A stretch of DNA of 64,000 nt from Candidatus Omnitrophota bacterium (GCA_041652815.1 JBAZGN010000005.1:99651-163650); one strand, 5' to 3'. Positions 18,791 to 29,298 are shown, counted from the stretch's first letter. Numbers and translations: made by a program. Notes: generated from the sequence alone by a model not told the origin.

Positions 18791-20130
18791 GCTTTATTAT
18801 TTTTATAATAATTTTGAGCATTCTTGTGGTAGCGCATGAATTTGGCCATTATCTTGCCGCGAAGCGTAATAAAGTAAAGGTAGAAAAATTTGCTATTGGT
18901 TTCGGCCCGGCACTTTTTACCAGAAAAGGCAAGGAAACCGATTTTGTAATTTGCCTTTTTCCTTTGGGCGGATATGTTAAATTGGCCGGTGATAACCGTT
19001 TAGAGCTTAAAGGAAAGGATTACGAATTTCTTTCAAAACCGGTATCGGCAAAGATAGAAATTGTATTTGCCGGGCCATTATTTAATTACGTTTTTGCTTT
19101 TGTGCTTTTCTGGTTGGTTGCGATGTTCGGTATGACTTACAAGTATGTTGACCCGGTAGTTGGCATTGTAAAGGCGGATTCTCCGGCCCAAAAAGCCGGC
19201 ATACTTAAGGGTGATGAGATTATTGAAGCTAACGGCAAGCCGGTTAAAGTATGGGATGATTTTGACAAAAGAGTTTATAAGAGCAGCACTAAAGTAGAGT
19301 TAAAAGTTAAAAGAGATAATAAAGTTATAACGTTCGATGTCCCGACCGTGAAGGGCCAGATTTTTGATGAGTTCGGCGCAAAAAGAAAAGTTTATTCCAT
19401 AGGTATTTCAGCGTATATACCGCCGGTTGTCGGTATCCTGATAGAAAATTTTCCCGCGCAGAAAGCCGGTATACAGAAGGGCGATAAAATAATTTCCGTA
19501 AATGGCACAAAAGTTAACCAATGGGAAGATATGACCAACATCATCCATAATTCTAAAGGCCCAATTGCCCTTGTTATTGAGCGTAATAACAAAACTTTTT
19601 CAATTACTGTCCCAACTAAACAGCAGGAAGTTATAGATGAAGCCGGCATCAGGAAAGAAATTTCTTTTATAGGCATTGACCGGTTTATCAAAACCAAGGT
19701 GGTTAAATATAACTTTTTTGAAGCTTTCGTAAAAGGGTTTGAAGAGGTTTACAGGGTTTCTTCCATAACCATACGAGGCTTTGGCGCAATAATTTTCAGG
19801 ATTCTTCCCTTAAAAGATGCAGTAACTGGCCCGTTGGGTATTTATAAAATCACTGCTGATACAGCTAAGCTGGGGTTACTTCCTCTTATTACTTTTATGG
19901 CGATTTTAAGCGTAAGTTTGGCGATAGTAAATTTAATACCGCTTCCTTTGTTTGACGGTGGGCATATACTGACCTTTCTTGTTGAGAAAATAAGAAAAAA
20001 GCCTTTAAGCGAAAAAACAGATAACTTACTTACACGTATCGGGTTCGCAATCATAGCTTTGATAATTGTGTTTGTTTTCTATAACGATATAGTCAGGTTT
20101 GGCCCAAAAATATGGGGAAAATGGTTTTAA
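18787..20130 (+). CDS. rseP: RseP-type site-2 (RIP) zinc metalloprotease.
   Basis: HEFGHY zinc motif, two PDZ-like segments, C-terminal LDGG. The ATG overlaps the dxr stop. Confidence 0.85.
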   Translation: MSFIIFIIILSILVVAHEFGHYLAAKRNKVKVEKFAIGFGPALFTRKGKETDFVICLFPLGGYVKLAGDNRLELKGKDYEFLSKPVSAKIEIVFAGPLFNYVFAFVLFWLVAMFGMTYKYVDPVVGIVKADSPAQKAGILKGDEIIEANGKPVKVWDDFDKRVYKSSTKVELKVKRDNKVITFDVPTVKGQIFDEFGAKRKVYSIGISAYIPPVVGILIENFPAQKAGIQKGDKIISVNGTKVNQWEDMTNIIHNSKGPIALVIERNNKTFSITVPTKQQEVIDEAGIRKEISFIGIDRFIKTKVVKYNFFEAFVKGFEEVYRVSSITIRGFGAIIFRILPLKDAVTGPLGIYKITADTAKLGLLPLITFMAILSVSLAIVNLIPLPLFDGGHILTFLVEKIRKKPLSEKTDNLLTRIGFAIIALIIVFVFYNDIVRFGPKIWGKWF

Positions 20131-20134
20131 TAAG

Positions 20135-20220
20135 CACAGATTATCACAGACGGCAGACGCAGATGACCACAGATAAAATTATCTGCGATTATCTGTTTTC
20201 CAATCTGCGATCATCTGTGT
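20135..20220. repeat. Family C palindromic element, copy 2.
   Basis: CACAGATTATCACAGA ... ATCTGCGATCATCTGTG. Located between rseP and ispG. Confidence 0.7.
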
Positions 20221-20229
20221 AATAAAAAA

Positions 20230-21273
20230 ATGACAAGGACAGTAACATTAGGCAGCTTAAAGATAGGCTCAAAATATCCGGTAAGGATAAAGGGTATGCT
20301 TAAGACCTCATACCAGAATATGGAAGGGCTTATTGCGGAAGCTAAGCTGCTTGAGAAGGAAGGAGCAGAGGCTCTGCGTATCGCGGTTCGTGAGGAAGCT
20401 GATGCAAAAATAGCAAAAGTGCTTAAGAAAGAGATAAAAATACCTATAGTTGCTGACATACATTTTCATTACAAAATTGCGTTAGTTGCTATAGAGAATG
20501 GTTTCGATGGGATAAGGCTTAACCCTTTAAATATCTATAAATTGGCTGAAGTAAAAGCCGTAGCAAAAGAGGCTAAAATATGCAAAATTCCCATAAGGGT
20601 AGGGATAAATTCAGGAGGTTTTAAAAAAGATTTTTCTTCTCCCGGGGTTCTAGCGAAGCAAATGGTTGCAACTGTAGGGCGTTATATTAGGATATTGGAG
20701 AAAGAAAAGTTCTTTGATATAATGGTATCCTTAAAGGGTTCTGATGCGGCTTCTACCATAATTGCAAATGAGCTATTTTCCAAAGAATTCGATTACCCTC
20801 TTCATCTGGGGATAACCGCCACAGGTTCATTTTTAAACGGCGTAGTTAAGTCTTCGATAGGTTTAGGCGAGCTTCTTTCTAAAGGTATTGGAAATATCAT
20901 AAGGGTGTCTCTCACAGCCCCTTCATTTTGGGAAATAAGAGTTGCAAAATATATTCTGCAGGCCCTGGGCTTACGAAAATACGGGCCTGAGATTGTATCT
21001 TGTCCGACTTGCTCGCGCTGTGAGGTAAAACTTATAGATATAGTTGAAAAATTTAATAAAGAACTCGAAAATTCTGGGTTAAGCGTGCCTATCCGGATTG
21101 CACTTATGGGTTGCGTAGTGAATGGCCCGGGCGAAGCTTACCAAGCGGATATAGGTGCTGCTTTTGGCAAGAAAAAAGCCGTTATATTCAGGAAGGATAA
21201 GATTTTAAGGCAGAGCGACGAGAATAATATAATAAAAGATTTGCTTGAAGAAGTGAGGCGGATATGGATATAA
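20230..21273 (+). CDS. ispG: 4-hydroxy-3-methylbut-2-enyl diphosphate synthase.
   Basis: GcpE blocks ADIHFHY, IRLNPLN, CPTCSRC 4Fe-4S cysteines, MGCVVNGPGE. Confidence 0.9.
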   Translation: MTRTVTLGSLKIGSKYPVRIKGMLKTSYQNMEGLIAEAKLLEKEGAEALRIAVREEADAKIAKVLKKEIKIPIVADIHFHYKIALVAIENGFDGIRLNPLNIYKLAEVKAVAKEAKICKIPIRVGINSGGFKKDFSSPGVLAKQMVATVGRYIRILEKEKFFDIMVSLKGSDAASTIIANELFSKEFDYPLHLGITATGSFLNGVVKSSIGLGELLSKGIGNIIRVSLTAPSFWEIRVAKYILQALGLRKYGPEIVSCPTCSRCEVKLIDIVEKFNKELENSGLSVPIRIALMGCVVNGPGEAYQADIGAAFGKKKAVIFRKDKILRQSDENNIIKDLLEEVRRIWI

Positions 21274-22514
21274 AAACTATTAAAAAAGAGTTGCGTAAAG
21301 AATTAAGTTTTTTAGGCGGTGCCGATGCTAAGCTTGAGGAAGAAATTATCCGCGACCGCATAACAAAAATATTTGACTTCTGGGAAAAAGAGAAAAACCG
21401 TACAATTGATAACGCATCAAAAGAAAAAGTCATAAAAGAGCTTTGCGATGAATTTCTAGGATGGGGCCCGCTTCAAAAATTGATGGACGACCCAAATGTA
21501 ACCGAAATAATGATAAACGGGCCTTTTAAAGTTTATATAGAAAAAAACGGAAAAAAAGTAATAACTGAGGTAAAGTTTGATGACGAAACTCACTTGCGCC
21601 ATGCAGTTGAAAAGATGCTTATTCCTGCCGGTAGGCGCGTTGACGAATCTTACCCGTATGTAGATTTTTCTCTAACTGACGGCTCGCGCGTTAATGTTAT
21701 TATCCCGCCGCTTTCAGTCGGGGGTGCCACTGTCACTATCAGAAAATTTTTACGCAGCATAAGTTTGGTAAATGATTTAGTTAATTTAGGCACCATCGAC
21801 GAGAGAATGGCTAAATTTTTGGTTGCCTGCATTAAGGCAAAGGTAAATATCCTTTTTTCGGGGGCTACCGGAAGCGGTAAAACCACGACTCTTGAAGTAC
21901 TTTCTTCGTATATAAATCCGATGGAAAGAATCATAGTTATTGAAGACACTCTTGAGCTTACGCTCAGGCAGGAACACGTTGTGCGCTTGCTGACGCGCCC
22001 GCCTAACATAGAAGGTAAAGGCACGATTGAAATAAGGGACCTGTTCATTAATACCTTGCGGATGAGGCCTACCAGGATTATTTTAGGCGAAATAAGGGGA
22101 GCGGAAGCAATGGATTATCTTCAGGCCCTAAATAGCGGGCACCGAGGCTGCCTTGCGGTAATACATGCCTCAAGCCCGTTTGATGCATTAACCAGGCTTG
22201 AGACAACCGCGCTTTATGCCGGATTATATATGCCGGTATGGGCGATAAGAAAACAAATTGCTTCGGGTGTGGATTTAATTATACAGCACGACCAACTTAC
22301 TGATGGCACAAGAAAAATAACTTATATGACGGAAGTCCTAGATCGTTTAAACGGAGAAGAAATAATTCTTAATGATATTTTCCGTTACGAAATAGACAAA
22401 GTTGATCTGGAAGGAAAAGTAATGGGTTCATTTAAAGCAAAGAATACACCGTTATTTTTCCCATTATTTAAGAAGAAAGGAGTTGAATTAAGCGAAGATA
22501 TATTTAAAGAATAG
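21264..22514 (+). CDS. CpaF/TadA-type type II/IV secretion-system ATPase. It is an orphan: no other pilus genes are nearby.
   Basis: Walker A GATGSGKTT, Walker B IVIEDTLEL, ILGEIRG and His-box SGHRGCLAVIHASSP. Confidence 0.8.
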   Translation: MDIKTIKKELRKELSFLGGADAKLEEEIIRDRITKIFDFWEKEKNRTIDNASKEKVIKELCDEFLGWGPLQKLMDDPNVTEIMINGPFKVYIEKNGKKVITEVKFDDETHLRHAVEKMLIPAGRRVDESYPYVDFSLTDGSRVNVIIPPLSVGGATVTIRKFLRSISLVNDLVNLGTIDERMAKFLVACIKAKVNILFSGATGSGKTTTLEVLSSYINPMERIIVIEDTLELTLRQEHVVRLLTRPPNIEGKGTIEIRDLFINTLRMRPTRIILGEIRGAEAMDYLQALNSGHRGCLAVIHASSPFDALTRLETTALYAGLYMPVWAIRKQIASGVDLIIQHDQLTDGTRKITYMTEVLDRLNGEEIILNDIFRYEIDKVDLEGKVMGSFKAKNTPLFFPLFKKKGVELSEDIFKE

Positions 22515-22595
22515 CTATCAGCTTTCAGCCCCCCCTAAGGGGCGCCCTTGAAGGGCGGCTGGCGGCTGACGACAGAGAGCAGAAAACTTATTAAA

Positions 22596-23825
22596 ATGTT
22601 ATACTCCAAAAGTTTCATTTTTACTTTAAGGGAAGACCCAAAAGTTGCTGAGTGCATAAGTCATAAGCTGCTGCTTAAAGGTTCTTTCCTGTATATGGTT
22701 TCTTCAGGCATATATTCTTATCTTCCTTTAGGCTACAGAGTGCTTGAGAATGTAAGCAACATCATAAGAAAGCATATGGAAGCAAACGGCGCACAGGAAC
22801 TCTTAATGAGTGCGCTTCAACCTATTGAAATGTGGCAAAAGACAGGCCGTGACCAGGTGCTTTCTGAAGTAATGTTTAAGTTTAAGGATAGAAAGAACCG
22901 CACTCTTTGCCTCGGGCCTACCCACGAAGAAGAAGTTACCGAGATAGTAAAAAAACATGTTTCTTCTTACAGGCAATTGCCGTGTATTTTATATCAAATA
23001 CAAACAAAATTCAGGGATGAAGTGCGGCCAAGGTTCGGTATTGTAAGAAGCTGCGAATTTATAATGAAAGACGCCTATAGCTTTGATATGGATGAAGCAG
23101 GCCTGGCCGTAAACTACGATAGTATGCTTTCTGCTTATCAGGCAATATTTAAAGAATGCGGCTTAAATTTTATAATGACCGAAGCTGACCCGGGGGTAAT
23201 GGGAGGAAATATTTCTCACGAATTTATGGTTCCGGCAGAAATCGGAGAGGATGTGCTTTGCCATTGCGCAAAATGCGACAAACATTTTAAAGATATGTCC
23301 AACTGCCCCAATTGCGAGGCAAAATTATCTGAAAGAAGAATGATTGAAATTGGGCACATATTTAAACTCGGAACAAAGTATTCATCAGCCCAGGAGGCGC
23401 TTTTCCTGGATAAAAGCGGAGTACGTAAGCCCATGATTATGGGTTGTTATGGTATCGGCGTAAGCAGAGTGCTTTCCGCGATAGTTGAAACTAATTATGA
23501 CGAAAAGGGCATAATCTGGCCAAAGACAGTCAGTCCTTTTGATGTTGGGCTTATTTGTTTGGATGAAAAACTTCTGGCCCCGGCTACGGCCTTAAGCGGA
23601 ATGCTTGAAGCGAACGGATTTAAAGTTTTGCTTGATGAAAGGAGTGAGCCGGCAGGAGTAAAATTCAACGATGCCTATCTTTTAGGTAATCCTTATATCG
23701 TTATTATGGGGAAAAATTACGTAAATTCCAAAAAAATAGATTTAGAAATTAGAAAGACCAGGCAGAAGCTTAGCATGAGCGAAGAAGAGCTTATGAATTT
23801 TTTAAATAACGAATATGGAAAATAA
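22596..23825 (+). CDS. proS: Prolyl-tRNA synthetase, bacterial-type catalytic core without the INS editing insertion.
   Basis: Class II motifs (FRDE..PRFG..R..EFIMKDAYSF; GCYGIGVSR). Size ~410 aa. CxC-x2-C...C-x2-C cluster where the editing domain would normally be. Confidence 0.8.
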   Translation: MLYSKSFIFTLREDPKVAECISHKLLLKGSFLYMVSSGIYSYLPLGYRVLENVSNIIRKHMEANGAQELLMSALQPIEMWQKTGRDQVLSEVMFKFKDRKNRTLCLGPTHEEEVTEIVKKHVSSYRQLPCILYQIQTKFRDEVRPRFGIVRSCEFIMKDAYSFDMDEAGLAVNYDSMLSAYQAIFKECGLNFIMTEADPGVMGGNISHEFMVPAEIGEDVLCHCAKCDKHFKDMSNCPNCEAKLSERRMIEIGHIFKLGTKYSSAQEALFLDKSGVRKPMIMGCYGIGVSRVLSAIVETNYDEKGIIWPKTVSPFDVGLICLDEKLLAPATALSGMLEANGFKVLLDERSEPAGVKFNDAYLLGNPYIVIMGKNYVNSKKIDLEIRKTRQKLSMSEEELMNFLNNEYGK

Positions 23826-24297
23826 TCTTGGAAAAGCGCTGGAAGAAAAAATTAAAGAAATAGTTGCAGAAGAGGGAGTTGAGATTGTCGATTTTAGACT
23901 TTCTTCCTATGGAAATCAATATTCGTTACGTTGCCTCGTCGATTATAGCGCAGGCGGAATCTCAATAGATAGATGCGCTGTATTGAATAGGAAAATATTT
24001 AATTTTCTTGAAGAGAGCAAAATGCTAGGCGAAGATTTTGTTCTGGAGGTAAATTCTCCCGGGCTGGACCACCCGCTTAAAAATTATAAAGATTTTTTGC
24101 GGATGAAAGGAAGTATTGCCGGTATTTGGCTAAGTATCCCGATAGATACTAAGGCATATATAGAAGGAGAAATAATTGATGCAAATCCGCGCCATGTAGC
24201 ATTGAAAGTAAAAGATAAAATATATACCGTAGAATTAGAAAAAATTAAAATTGGTAAGGCCAGGTTGGATTTGGAACGATCAAAGTGCCGGCATTAA
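23815..24297 (+). CDS. rimP: Ribosome maturation factor RimP.
   Basis: Size, position immediately upstream of nusA-infB, and RimP-like N-domain pattern. Confidence 0.55.
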   Translation: MENNLGKALEEKIKEIVAEEGVEIVDFRLSSYGNQYSLRCLVDYSAGGISIDRCAVLNRKIFNFLEESKMLGEDFVLEVNSPGLDHPLKNYKDFLRMKGSIAGIWLSIPIDTKAYIEGEIIDANPRHVALKVKDKIYTVELEKIKIGKARLDLERSKCRH

Positions 24298-24306
24298 TCA
24301 GGAGGT

Positions 24307-25509
24307 TTGAATATAATGAATAAAGAATTTTTAACAATCTTAGAACAATTAGAAAGAGAAAAAGGCTTGGATAAAAATGTGCTTCTTGAGGCGGTAAAGC
24401 ATGCTTTGACCGTCGCCGCAAAAAAAATTGCAAAAATTACCTCAGCTTCAGAAGATGTAAAAGTAGAGATAGACCCTGCAAAAGGCGATATCCATGTGTA
24501 TATAGGAGAGAAAGAAGTAGTTTCAAGAGAATTTGGCCGCATTGCCGCCCAGACTGCGAGGCAGGTAATTATCCAAAAAATACGCGAAGCAGAAAAAGAT
24601 AATATCTATGCCGAGTTTAAGAAAAAAGAAGGCGACATTGTTAGCGGGGTTGTCTATCGCATCGAAAAAAGAGCCATTATACTCGACCTTATGGGAAAGG
24701 CCGAAGGAATAATCCCTTATTCATTTCTTTCGCCACAAGACCAGTTCAGGCTGGGTGAAAGAGTAAAGGCCTTTGTCTATGAGGTTAAAAAAGATAAAGG
24801 TACCCAGATAATACTTTCAAGGCGCCACGAAGGCCTGGTGAAGAAGCTTTTTGAGCTTGAAGTGCCTGAAATATTTGAGGGAGTGGTAGAAGTAAGGTCT
24901 ATTGCCCGCGAAGCAGGCGAAAGGACAAAGATAGCCGTAATTTCCAAAGACGAAAAAGTCGACTGTGTAGGCGCCTGCGTTGGAATGCGCGGTTCGAGAG
25001 TAAAGAATATAATAGAGGAGTTAAGAGGAGAAAAGATAGATATAGTCCGGTTTAGCGAAGACATAAAAGAATTCATAAAAGCAAGTTTAGCACCGGCAAT
25101 TATTTCGCGCATCGAATTAGATAGGGAAGCTAAAAGAGCCAGAGTGCTTGTTGCTTCTGACCAGTTGTCGTTAGCTATAGGCAAGCGCGGCCAAAACGTG
25201 CGCCTGGCATCCCGGCTTGTCGGCTGGGAAATAGACGTGCGTTCGCGTGAAGCAATCGAAGAAGAAGTAAACGATATTTTACAGCTAAAAAACATCGGCA
25301 AGAAACTTGCCGCAATTTTGGTTGATGCGGGATTTACTTCTTTAGGCAAAATATCAAATGTAACTGCGCAAGACCTTTCCAAGCTAAAAGGGATAGGAGA
25401 GAAAAAGGCTGCGAAAATCATAGAAGAAGCAAAGAAGTTTTTAGAAGAAAAAGCAAGCCAGGCAAAGGAAAAAGAAAAAACAGATTTACCTAAAGAAAAA
25501 CAAGAATAA
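24307..25509 (+). CDS. nusA: Transcription termination/antitermination factor NusA.
   Basis: N-domain, S1 and two KH domains (GACVGMRGSRVKNI, AIGKRGQNVRLAS). Confidence 0.9.
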   Translation: MNIMNKEFLTILEQLEREKGLDKNVLLEAVKHALTVAAKKIAKITSASEDVKVEIDPAKGDIHVYIGEKEVVSREFGRIAAQTARQVIIQKIREAEKDNIYAEFKKKEGDIVSGVVYRIEKRAIILDLMGKAEGIIPYSFLSPQDQFRLGERVKAFVYEVKKDKGTQIILSRRHEGLVKKLFELEVPEIFEGVVEVRSIAREAGERTKIAVISKDEKVDCVGACVGMRGSRVKNIIEELRGEKIDIVRFSEDIKEFIKASLAPAIISRIELDREAKRARVLVASDQLSLAIGKRGQNVRLASRLVGWEIDVRSREAIEEEVNDILQLKNIGKKLAAILVDAGFTSLGKISNVTAQDLSKLKGIGEKKAAKIIEEAKKFLEEKASQAKEKEKTDLPKEKQE

Positions 25510-25522
25510 AAGGTGGTGAATA

Positions 25523-27436
25523 ATGAGAATCCATGAATTAGCCAAGAAGCTTGGCATAGACAGTAAGGAGCTACTTACCAAGCTGCAAAGCTTAAATTTT
25601 CCCGTAAAGAGCCATATGTCAAGCGTTGACGATGAGACCGCCGAAATAATAAAACATGAAATAACCGGGTTAAAAGAGAAAGAAATAGAAGAGAATGTTA
25701 TTGAGGTGGATTTCCCCATTTCCGTAAAAGATTTAGCATTGAAATTGGGGAAAAAACCGTCAGAGCTCCTGTCGGATTTATTGAAGGAAGGTAAGTTCTT
25801 AAATATAAACCAGAATCTTAATGAAGAGCTTGCCGCGCAAATTGCCTATAAATATAAAATTAATTTAAAAAAGAAACCAACCAGAGAAGAAACAATACTG
25901 AAAACCGACTCAGAATCAAAGGAAATTAAGAAACGGGCGCCTATAGTTACGCTCATGGGGCATATTGATCACGGCAAAACAAGTCTTCTTGATTATATAA
26001 GAAAAAGTAAAATTGCCGAAAAAGAAAGTGGGGGAATTACCCAGCATATTGGAGCTTACCAGGTTACTTTGCCGAAAGGTAAAATAACTTTCCTAGATAC
26101 TCCGGGCCATGAAACGTTTACTGCGATGCGCGCGCGAGGGGCAAACATTACGGATGCAGTAATACTTGTGGTTGCTTCTGATGAAGGCGTTAAGCCTCAA
26201 ACTGAAGAGGCTCTTGACCATGCAAAAGCCGCAAATGTCCCGATACTTATAGCTATTACAAAGATGGATAAGCCAAATGCAAACCCCGATATGGTAAAAC
26301 AGCAACTTTCAAAGTTAGGGCTTGCGCCTGAGGAGTGGGGAGGAAAAACTACCGCAGTCGGAGTGTCGGCAAAAACCGGCCAAGGCATAGATGAATTGCT
26401 CGAACTCATACTTTTGCAGGCAGAGTTGCTTGAATTAAAAGCAGATTATGGAAGGCCGGCAGTAGGAGTGGTTGTTGAAGCGCGCCTGTCCAAAGGTAAA
26501 GGCCCTCTTGTTGCTATTCTTGTAAGAGAAGGAGTGCTTAAGCTTGGGGATTGTTGTGTTTGCGGGCACTACTACGGTAAAATCAAGGCCATGAGTGACG
26601 ATAAAGCCAACAATGTTATTGAGGCGCAGCCATCATCGGCGGTTGAGGTGCTTGGTTTAAATGGCGTGCCTAATCCCGGAGACCAGCTTTTTGTTGTCCC
26701 GGATGAAAAAAGCGCAAAAGAGATTGTCGAGCGCAGGCGTGAAGAAGACGCCAAGCTTAAGCTGAAAGCTCCCGCACATTTTAAACTGGAAGACCTCTTT
26801 AAAAAAATAAAAGAAGAGCATTTAAAACAACTCAAAGTGATATTAAAGGCAGATGTGGGAGGTACTCTTGAAGCAGTCGAGGACGCTTTAAAGAAAATTT
26901 CTCATGAAGAGGTAGAACTTGTGTTGACTCATAGAGGGGTAGGCGCTATTAATGCTTCAGACATTTTGCTTGCTGAAGTAACTGATGCTATAGTTGTGGG
27001 TTTTAAGGTAACCATAGATACTCAAGCGAGGGACTTAGCCAAGCAAAAGGGAATAGAAATAAGAGTTTATCAGATAGTTTACGAGCTGATAGATGATATA
27101 AAGGCAGGTTTGGAAGGGTTGCTTACGCCGCAGGTTAAGAAAATTTTTGTTGGCCGCGCACGGGTTAAGGCAGTTTTTAAATTATCTAAATCCGGAATTA
27201 TCGCTGGCTCCATAATTGAAAAAGGAAAGATGCAAAGAAACTTAACTTGCCAGCTGACGCGGGAAAGTAAAATAATATTTGAAGGAAAAATCCAATCGCT
27301 TAAAAGATTTAAAGATGATGTCAGAGAGGTAGCTGAAGGGGTTGAGTGCGGAATAGGGATAGGGTTTGATGAAATCAAAGAAGGCGACATTATAGATGCT
27401 TATAGCGAAGAGCTGATTGCTCGCCGCCTTAAATAA
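25523..27436 (+). CDS. infB: Translation initiation factor IF-2 (short form).
   Basis: G-domain [23 protein letters not shown], and C-terminal IF2 domains. Confidence 0.9.
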   Translation: MRIHELAKKLGIDSKELLTKLQSLNFPVKSHMSSVDDETAEIIKHEITGLKEKEIEENVIEVDFPISVKDLALKLGKKPSELLSDLLKEGKFLNINQNLNEELAAQIAYKYKINLKKKPTREETILKTDSESKEIKKRAPIVTLMGHIDHGKTSLLDYIRKSKIAEKESGGITQHIGAYQVTLPKGKITFLDTPGHETFTAMRARGANITDAVILVVASDEGVKPQTEEALDHAKAANVPILIAITKMDKPNANPDMVKQQLSKLGLAPEEWGGKTTAVGVSAKTGQGIDELLELILLQAELLELKADYGRPAVGVVVEARLSKGKGPLVAILVREGVLKLGDCCVCGHYYGKIKAMSDDKANNVIEAQPSSAVEVLGLNGVPNPGDQLFVVPDEKSAKEIVERRREEDAKLKLKAPAHFKLEDLFKKIKEEHLKQLKVILKADVGGTLEAVEDALKKISHEEVELVLTHRGVGAINASDILLAEVTDAIVVGFKVTIDTQARDLAKQKGIEIRVYQIVYELIDDIKAGLEGLLTPQVKKIFVGRARVKAVFKLSKSGIIAGSIIEKGKMQRNLTCQLTRESKIIFEGKIQSLKRFKDDVREVAEGVECGIGIGFDEIKEGDIIDAYSEELIARRLK

Positions 27437-27496
27437 AGGTTAAGGCTAAGGTTGAGGTTAAGGATTAATTTAGCTTCAACCTAAACTTTTATAACT

Positions 27497-28477
27497 ATGA
27501 AAAAAGTAATATTGAGCGGAATGCGTCCTACCGGTAAGCTTCATCTGGGCCATTGGGTTGGCGCTCTTAGTAATTGGGTTAACCTGCAAAAAGACTATAA
27601 GTGTTTTTTTATGGCCGCCGATTGGCATGCACTAATGAGTGAGTACAAAAATCCCAGTGCAACCAACGATTTTATTTTTGATAATGTATGTGATTGGCTT
27701 AGCTATGGCATAGACCCGAAACACTCGGTAATATTCGTGCAGTCACAGGTGCCGGAGCATCTAGAGCTTTTTGCAATTCTCTCATTCTTGACGCCTTTAG
27801 GCTGGCTTTATCGCTGCCCTACCTTTAAAGAGCAGATTGCTCAGCTTAAAGATAAAGAGATAAATACCTATGCGTTTTTAGGCTATCCGGTTCTGCAGGC
27901 CGCGGATATAACCTTATATAAGGCAAATGCTGTTCCGGTGGGAGATGACCAATTGCCACATTTAGAGCTAGCCCGCGAAATCGTGCGCCGCTTTAATTCT
28001 ACTTATAAAAGGGAAGTTTTATTAGAGCCGCAGGCAATTCTTACTCCAACTCCGCGCCTCTTAGGCCTTGACGGAAGAAAGATGAGCAAAAGTTATAATA
28101 ATTATATCGCTCTCGACGAAGACGATAAATCCATAAAAAACAAAATTTCCAACATGATTACAGACCCGCAGCGTATAAAAAAAGAAGATAAGGGCCGTCC
28201 TGATGTTTGTAATGTGTATAGCTATTACAGTGTTTTTGCCAAGGATAAAGCTAGCGAGGTTTATGATTGGTGTACCGGCGCCAAGAAGGGCTGCGTTGAA
28301 TGTAAAAAGATATTTACTGACCTTCTCATAGAATTTATCGCTCCACACAGAGAAAAAAAGAGAGAATTTTTGAAGAAAAAAGATTACATCTATGATATAC
28401 TAAAAGAAGGTACATCCAAAGCCCGTGAAATAGCTTCTAAAACTATTGTTGAAGCAAAAGAGGCAATGGGGTTGTAA
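27497..28477 (+). CDS. trpS: Tryptophanyl-tRNA synthetase.
   Basis: SGMRPTGKLHLGHW (HIGH-like) and KMSKS motifs. Confidence 0.9.
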   Translation: MKKVILSGMRPTGKLHLGHWVGALSNWVNLQKDYKCFFMAADWHALMSEYKNPSATNDFIFDNVCDWLSYGIDPKHSVIFVQSQVPEHLELFAILSFLTPLGWLYRCPTFKEQIAQLKDKEINTYAFLGYPVLQAADITLYKANAVPVGDDQLPHLELAREIVRRFNSTYKREVLLEPQAILTPTPRLLGLDGRKMSKSYNNYIALDEDDKSIKNKISNMITDPQRIKKEDKGRPDVCNVYSYYSVFAKDKASEVYDWCTGAKKGCVECKKIFTDLLIEFIAPHREKKREFLKKKDYIYDILKEGTSKAREIASKTIVEAKEAMGL

Positions 28478-28490
28478 AACTAGAAGCGGA

Positions 28491-28572
28491 TATCCGCGGA
28501 TCTAAACGCGGATAAACGCCAGCGAGTTACCGTGCGTAAATCCGCGTAAATATCCGCGGCAATCCGCTTCTA
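28491..28572. repeat. Family B palindromic element (CCGCGGAT units, TAGAAGCGGAT...ATCCGCTTCTA termini), copy 1.
   Basis: Near-perfect inverted termini with internal CGCGGAT repeats. Shared with 35144-35234 and 41299-41390. Confidence 0.75.
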
Positions 28573-28585
28573 CTAACTATATACC

Positions 28586-29293
28586 ATGAAAATACGATTA
28601 GACATATTCGAAGGCCCGCTGGATTTACTTCTTTATCTTATTAAAAAAGACCATCTTAATATATATGATATTCCTATATCTACCGTTGTCGGGCAGTATT
28701 TACAGTTCCTGGAGCTTATGAAGTTTTTGGATATAAATATAGCTTCCGAATATATGGTTATGGCAGCAACGCTTATAAATATAAAATCAAAAACTCTTCT
28801 TCCCAAAGAGCAGGCTCCGGAAGCTCCGGAAGAGGACCCTCGCGAAGAGCTGGTAAAGAAGCTTCTTGAATATGAAAAATTCAAGGAGGCAGCGCAATTC
28901 CTTAAGGAAAAGGAAAAAGAACGGCTTAAATATGTAACGCGCTCCGGCTCTGACAATCAGGAAAAAGAAGTATTTCTGGAAGCTTCAATCTTTGATTTAA
29001 TAAGCGCTTTTAAAGGAGCCCTTAAGGACGTTCCCAGGGATATTTTCTTTGAGATTATAAAAGACGAATTTACCGTGGAGCAGAAAATCCACGACCTTTT
29101 GCACCTTTTTCTTGTAAAAGAAACCGTATCTTTGGATGAATTATTTTCTTCGGCTAAAAGTAAACTTGAAGTAGTTGTTATTTTTCTTGCCATACTTGAA
29201 CTTATCAGGCTTTGTGAAATTGTTGCTATCCAAAAAGTGCTTTTTGGGCAAATTTCAATTGCCAGAAGGCAAAATGTTTTAACCTGCCCCTAG
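28586..29293 (+). CDS. scpA: Segregation and condensation protein A.
   Basis: ScpA N-terminal block FEGPLDLLLYLIKKDHLNIYDIPIS..QYL. Confidence 0.75.
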   Translation: MKIRLDIFEGPLDLLLYLIKKDHLNIYDIPISTVVGQYLQFLELMKFLDINIASEYMVMAATLINIKSKTLLPKEQAPEAPEEDPREELVKKLLEYEKFKEAAQFLKEKEKERLKYVTRSGSDNQEKEVFLEASIFDLISAFKGALKDVPRDIFFEIIKDEFTVEQKIHDLLHLFLVKETVSLDELFSSAKSKLEVVVIFLAILELIRLCEIVAIQKVLFGQISIARRQNVLTCP

Positions 29294-29298
29294 AATGT

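Noticed and set aside
24777-25421. Minus-strand ORFs of 214 aa inside nusA and 267 aa inside polX (57773-58576)
   Set aside because: They are fully antisense to strongly supported + strand genes, with Ser/Leu-rich low-complexity translations and no RBS.
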